Below, in pieces: positions 60,421 through 64,000 of a DNA stretch of 64,000 nucleotides. The number at the start of each line of letters is the position of its first letter. Positions within the stretch are counted from its first letter, which is position 1. The DNA is from Takakia lepidozioides (lineage: Eukaryota > Plantae > Bryophyta), in assembly GCA_030704615.1 (NCBI GenBank), contig CM060733.1, forward strand, positions 45,446,001 to 45,510,000. Direction: 5' to 3'. Both the position numbers and the translations under genes were made by a program. The notes under the pieces were generated by a model, which had not been told where the DNA came from, made no database searches, and worked only from the letters and a program-made list of their open reading frames with translations.

Positions 60421-62250
60421 GTTTGAGTTACCACAAGTTGTCCATGCAGTTCCACCAGAAATAATTGATTTGGAGAAAGAAGGGTTAGATATCCCCACTA
60501 CAGAACAGGTGGTGGCAGAAATTGAGAAGGGAGACCTTCTCTATGAAAATTATGGTCTAGTCAGGGAAACAGTGATTCCGGAGGTGCAACGGTTGTCCAG
60601 GGGAAACCCTGCGGTGCATATAATACATACACCTGTGACGGAGGTACCACAGGTAGAATGTCAAGACACTGCAGCACCTGTGACGGATGAAGTGGTTCAG
60701 GAAGAAAATCTGGTGGGGCAATGGCCTGAATGGTTAGTGAGGCATCACATTGTTGAGGATCAGGGAGAACAGCAGCAAGATCACCATGATGACCCTCAAC
60801 AGGCCATGCTTATGAGTTCCATAAGCATGACACTTAATTTGTTGGGCACTTATGTCAATTCCCATGTTCCAACTACCCAATTGGCAGCTTTGAGGGAGGA
60901 ACTCAGAAAGGAGTTTGAGGCTCGACTTGCCACTGAGTGTGCAAACAAGGTCGATGAGGAGGTCACTCTCAAGATACAGCAAGACTTAGAGAGTACAAAA
61001 GCTGCTTTACAATTGGCCAAGGAACAATTGATTGAGGCAGGCCTTGCGCAAGACCAGTTGCACGAAGCACATAAGCAACAGCTATACCAAATGCAGGTGA
61101 AGCATGAAAGCAAGTTGCAAGAAGTGAATGCACTACATACGGAGTTGCAGACAGTGCATGATAGGATGGCCATACAATGTGCTACACTCACAACTACGCT
61201 TGACCAAGCTACAATAGAAATTAACAGTCAAGCGGAAAGATGTACGAAGGCAGAGGCAGAGAATGTCGAGCAAACGAAATTCATTGTCGATATGAAGAAT
61301 ACAATCTGTCGCAATGAGAATACTTTCAAGCAATACAGGCAGGTTGAAGCTGACCAAGAGAGGTACATCCTGGAATTGCAACAAACGCTCATGTCCAATA
61401 GAAATGAACTCTCTGTGGCTAACAAGACTTGGAAGGAAGCCAATAATCTGGCTGCTGCATATGCGAGTTTGGTTAAACCTCATGCGAAGCGCATGGAGGC
61501 TTTACAGCAGCAAATAGATGTGTACATGCTCAAGGAGGAGCAGACTCTCAGGGGTGCCCCAAGCAACTTGGTGGATAACACCTTATGCAGGTCTGGTTAG
61601 CACAAGGACCGGTGGAAGGCAAAGCACCACGAAAGCTCACCCAAAGCGAGATGAATGAGCTCAGACTGCAAGTGCAGAACATTGCCACAACTACTATAGA
61701 CAATGTCTATAGTAGGATAGCGGAGCTACAAGAGGATGTAGACGGCCTGCAGACTCAGGTAGAGGACCTGACATCAAATATTGACAAGAGAGTCTTTGTA
61801 CCTGAGGAGCAACTGATGGCTTCTTATTTACAAGCGAGAACTTTGGCTTTTCAGTCTTCTTCGCAGGGGGTGCAGGAGATGCCAATGATACAAGAGCCAA
61901 TGCCACCAACACCACAACAAGTCACTGTGCTAGTAGCTGACCCTGTTGTTACTACAGCCACACCACAGCCACCACAGCCTGAGGTATGGGGGAATGCTGC
62001 TTTTAACCCACCTAGAACTCCTGCTGCACGGGAGTACAGTCGGGCTATGATTATGCCCTTCAACCAAATTCCCATTGTCTTGGATTTGGCTTGGAAGGAA
62101 TAGTCCTCCGCAGTCATTGGCACATTACTATCAAATCATGCGCATTTGGCTGCCAGTGGCAACTAGGACTAAAGTTCTTCCGAACAATCGACCAATTGAG
62201 GATCATCACCTTACGCAGTACTGGCGTGAGGCAAGTACCATGTTGAAGGA
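60420..62250 (+). pseudogene. Second, truncated copy of the coiled-coil retrotransposon ORF
   Basis: High similarity to 44390-46150 (inverted); frameshift at ~61580, stop at 62101. Confidence 0.9.
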
Positions 62251-62489
62251 GGTTTGCTATTTCATGAGCATGAGCGGCATGAGCGGCATGAGCAGAGTAG
62301 TAACACAATCGGTTTTCATGAGCAGAAGTACAAATTTCGAAAATAAAAAACAATAAAAAAACAATAATTTAATGCAATGTGTCAGGAAAAACAAATATAT
62401 TATTCGGCCCCTTGAAGGGAAAATTGCACTTTTGACAGTTGTGCTCATGATATTTTGTCTTCCGCTCATGCCAATTCCCAGCGACATGT

Positions 62490-62930
62490 GCAAATATGGC
62501 GCCGAATTTCGCGGTAATAGGGTCCGTAACCTGAAAAAACGGCGACGTATTTCGCGGCAATAGGTCTCTCTGGCGAAAAATGGTGCCGAATTCCGCGGCT
62601 ATAGGTCCCCTCATGACAGGTAATTCGGCGCCATTTTTCCAGTGCATGTTGGGACTTAGCCAGTTTTCGGCGCAAAATAGGGAAATTCGGCGCCATTTTT
62701 CCAGACACTGTACCAGTGCATGTTGGGACTTAGCGAGTTTTCGGCCCCAAAAAGAGAAATTCGGCGCCATTTTCCCAAACACGGTACCAGTGCATGTTGG
62801 GACTTAGCGAGTTTTCGGCCCCAAAAAGAGAAATTCGGCGCCATTTTCCCAAACACAGGTACCAGTGCATGTTGGGACTTAGCCAGTTTTCGGCCCCAAA
62901 AAGAGAAATTCGGCGCCATTTTTCCAGAAA
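62490..62930. repeat. Tandem array, 74-bp unit with boxes A and B head-to-tail
   Basis: GAAATTCGGCGCCATTTT at ~62620, 62682, 62756, 62830 and 62905, separated by GGGACTTAGC..GTTTTCGGCCCCAA. Inverted A copies at ~62492, 62534 and 62575. Confidence 0.95.
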
Positions 62931-63083
62931 TGGCCCCACAACTGCTTCTATTGGATTTCAGTTTGAATGGAATATTGCCTCATTCCAGGAGTTTTGGGGT
63001 GCATTTCATTACACTGCAAAAAAAAAGTCTGATACAGCAAAATGCATTTGAAAATATCCATATGGAGGATTCCGTTTGCCCCA

Positions 63084-64000
63084 TCAATGATTTCTGGAAT
63101 CCCTAAGGAGGAGCTTGTGCAGCTCGTTCACGCTCAACGCCGGTGCATGAATAAAGTCATCAATAGTCACGTTCATCCTCAACCTCTTCAGGTAAATGTA
63201 ATACAGATGCTTGCACGGATAATACTTCGAACCCTTCTTTGCTTCCATCAACGAGAAGTCCGTACAGTTGCAAGTCGGCTCCACTCCAATCGTAATTGTG
63301 TATACATCGTCGCGTACAGCCGAGCCGGCCGTTGCCATCCGATACACACGCCCAAGGCCGGGTGGTGGTACGTCCACGGAGCTCTGAATAGTGCAAGCCA
63401 TCCCAAGAGCATTGGCAATCCGAGTCTCATTCAACTTGTTGGGAGGGTGTCGTCTCTTCACTCTTCCGAATCGCATTGTGGGATGTGCAGAATTGTCCAA
63501 TCCGTCTCTATTGGACCGAGCAGTCTGCAATGGAACCGGAAATGCGTGGGCCGGGATGTCTGTGCGTTGCACCATTCGAAATCCTGCTGCAGATAGAGCA
63601 TCCGCCTCATTCTGAGAGAGGCTGCAACCCGGTGCAACAGGCTAGACGCCCGAGGCTCCGGCATTCCCTGAATCCCGTACTTGGGCTTGCCAAATACACA
63701 GGTCATTATGTCGTGCCTACAGAACCAAAATGTCTGCGTTGTGGCGTGAGCAAATGTGGGAGTCAAAAATCTGCCGCTGAAACAAGGTGCAGGTACAGCA
63801 CCGTGTGGGTTCCTCCGAATCATCTCACCACAGCGTGCTCTCGTATCCACCCGGATGGCGCAACACTTCCCTCGAAATGCCGGCAATGTCCTCGCAATTC
63901 TCCACTGTGACTCCGACACTCTTGTCTCCACAATGGGAATGTTGTATTGCTTTACTACAGATGGCTCGTTATGTTGCCGGGGCACGCGTCCTGTGCTCAA
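63084..64000 (-). pseudogene. Cys-rich protein with a C-terminal SWIM zinc finger (frameshifted; runs off the window)
   Basis: YTITIGVEPTCNCTDF...YYPCKHLYYIY (CxC-xn-CxH). Upstream Cys/Trp domain WRIAR..KCCA..RC..PAPCFSG..FWFCRHDIMTCV. Confidence 0.8.

Larger units (their letters stand above)
62251..64000. mobile_element. Terminus and subterminal part of a second element of the GGCGCC-box family
   Basis: Begins abruptly inside the coiled-coil ORF with TTGCTATTTCATGAGCATGAGCGGCATGAGCGG, which matches the 13.6-kb terminus; followed by a box array. Confidence 0.6.

Overview
Repeat-rich eukaryotic DNA from a non-seed land plant with flagellated sperm (moss/liverwort/hornwort/lycophyte/fern-type). 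This assignment rests on spliced ciliary genes (CYB5D1, CFAP119-like) beside a plant DUF1635 gene and a FLIP/FIRRM pseudogene. All protein family calls are from motif recognition by eye; no database search was run. The gene island (~26.5-39 kb) is flanked by nested, mostly decayed TEs: Ty3/Gypsy (one with a dUTPase, one family with a long coiled-coil 3' ORF), Ty1/Copia, solo LTRs, a Helitron, PIF/Harbinger, a P-element-like transposase and a TTAA-flanked piggyBac-type MITE. The most unusual signal is an apparent DNA element family seen twice (~5.25-13.65 kb and 62.25 kb to the window end). The two copies share a terminal sequence (TGCTATTTCATGAGC-GG-CATGA) and arrays of a pseudo-palindromic 22-bp box (GGAAATTCGGCGCCATTTTTCC) spaced at 73-74 or ~95 bp. 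The first copy carries an intron-containing, decayed gene that fuses a ParB/Srx-like domain to a beta-class (N4-cytosine/N6-adenine type) DNA methyltransferase. The second carries a Cys-rich/SWIM zinc-finger gene. Other notable cargo: a divergent protein kinase, an actinobacterial-like DUF6924 domain, and giant-virus-style ankyrin repeats.
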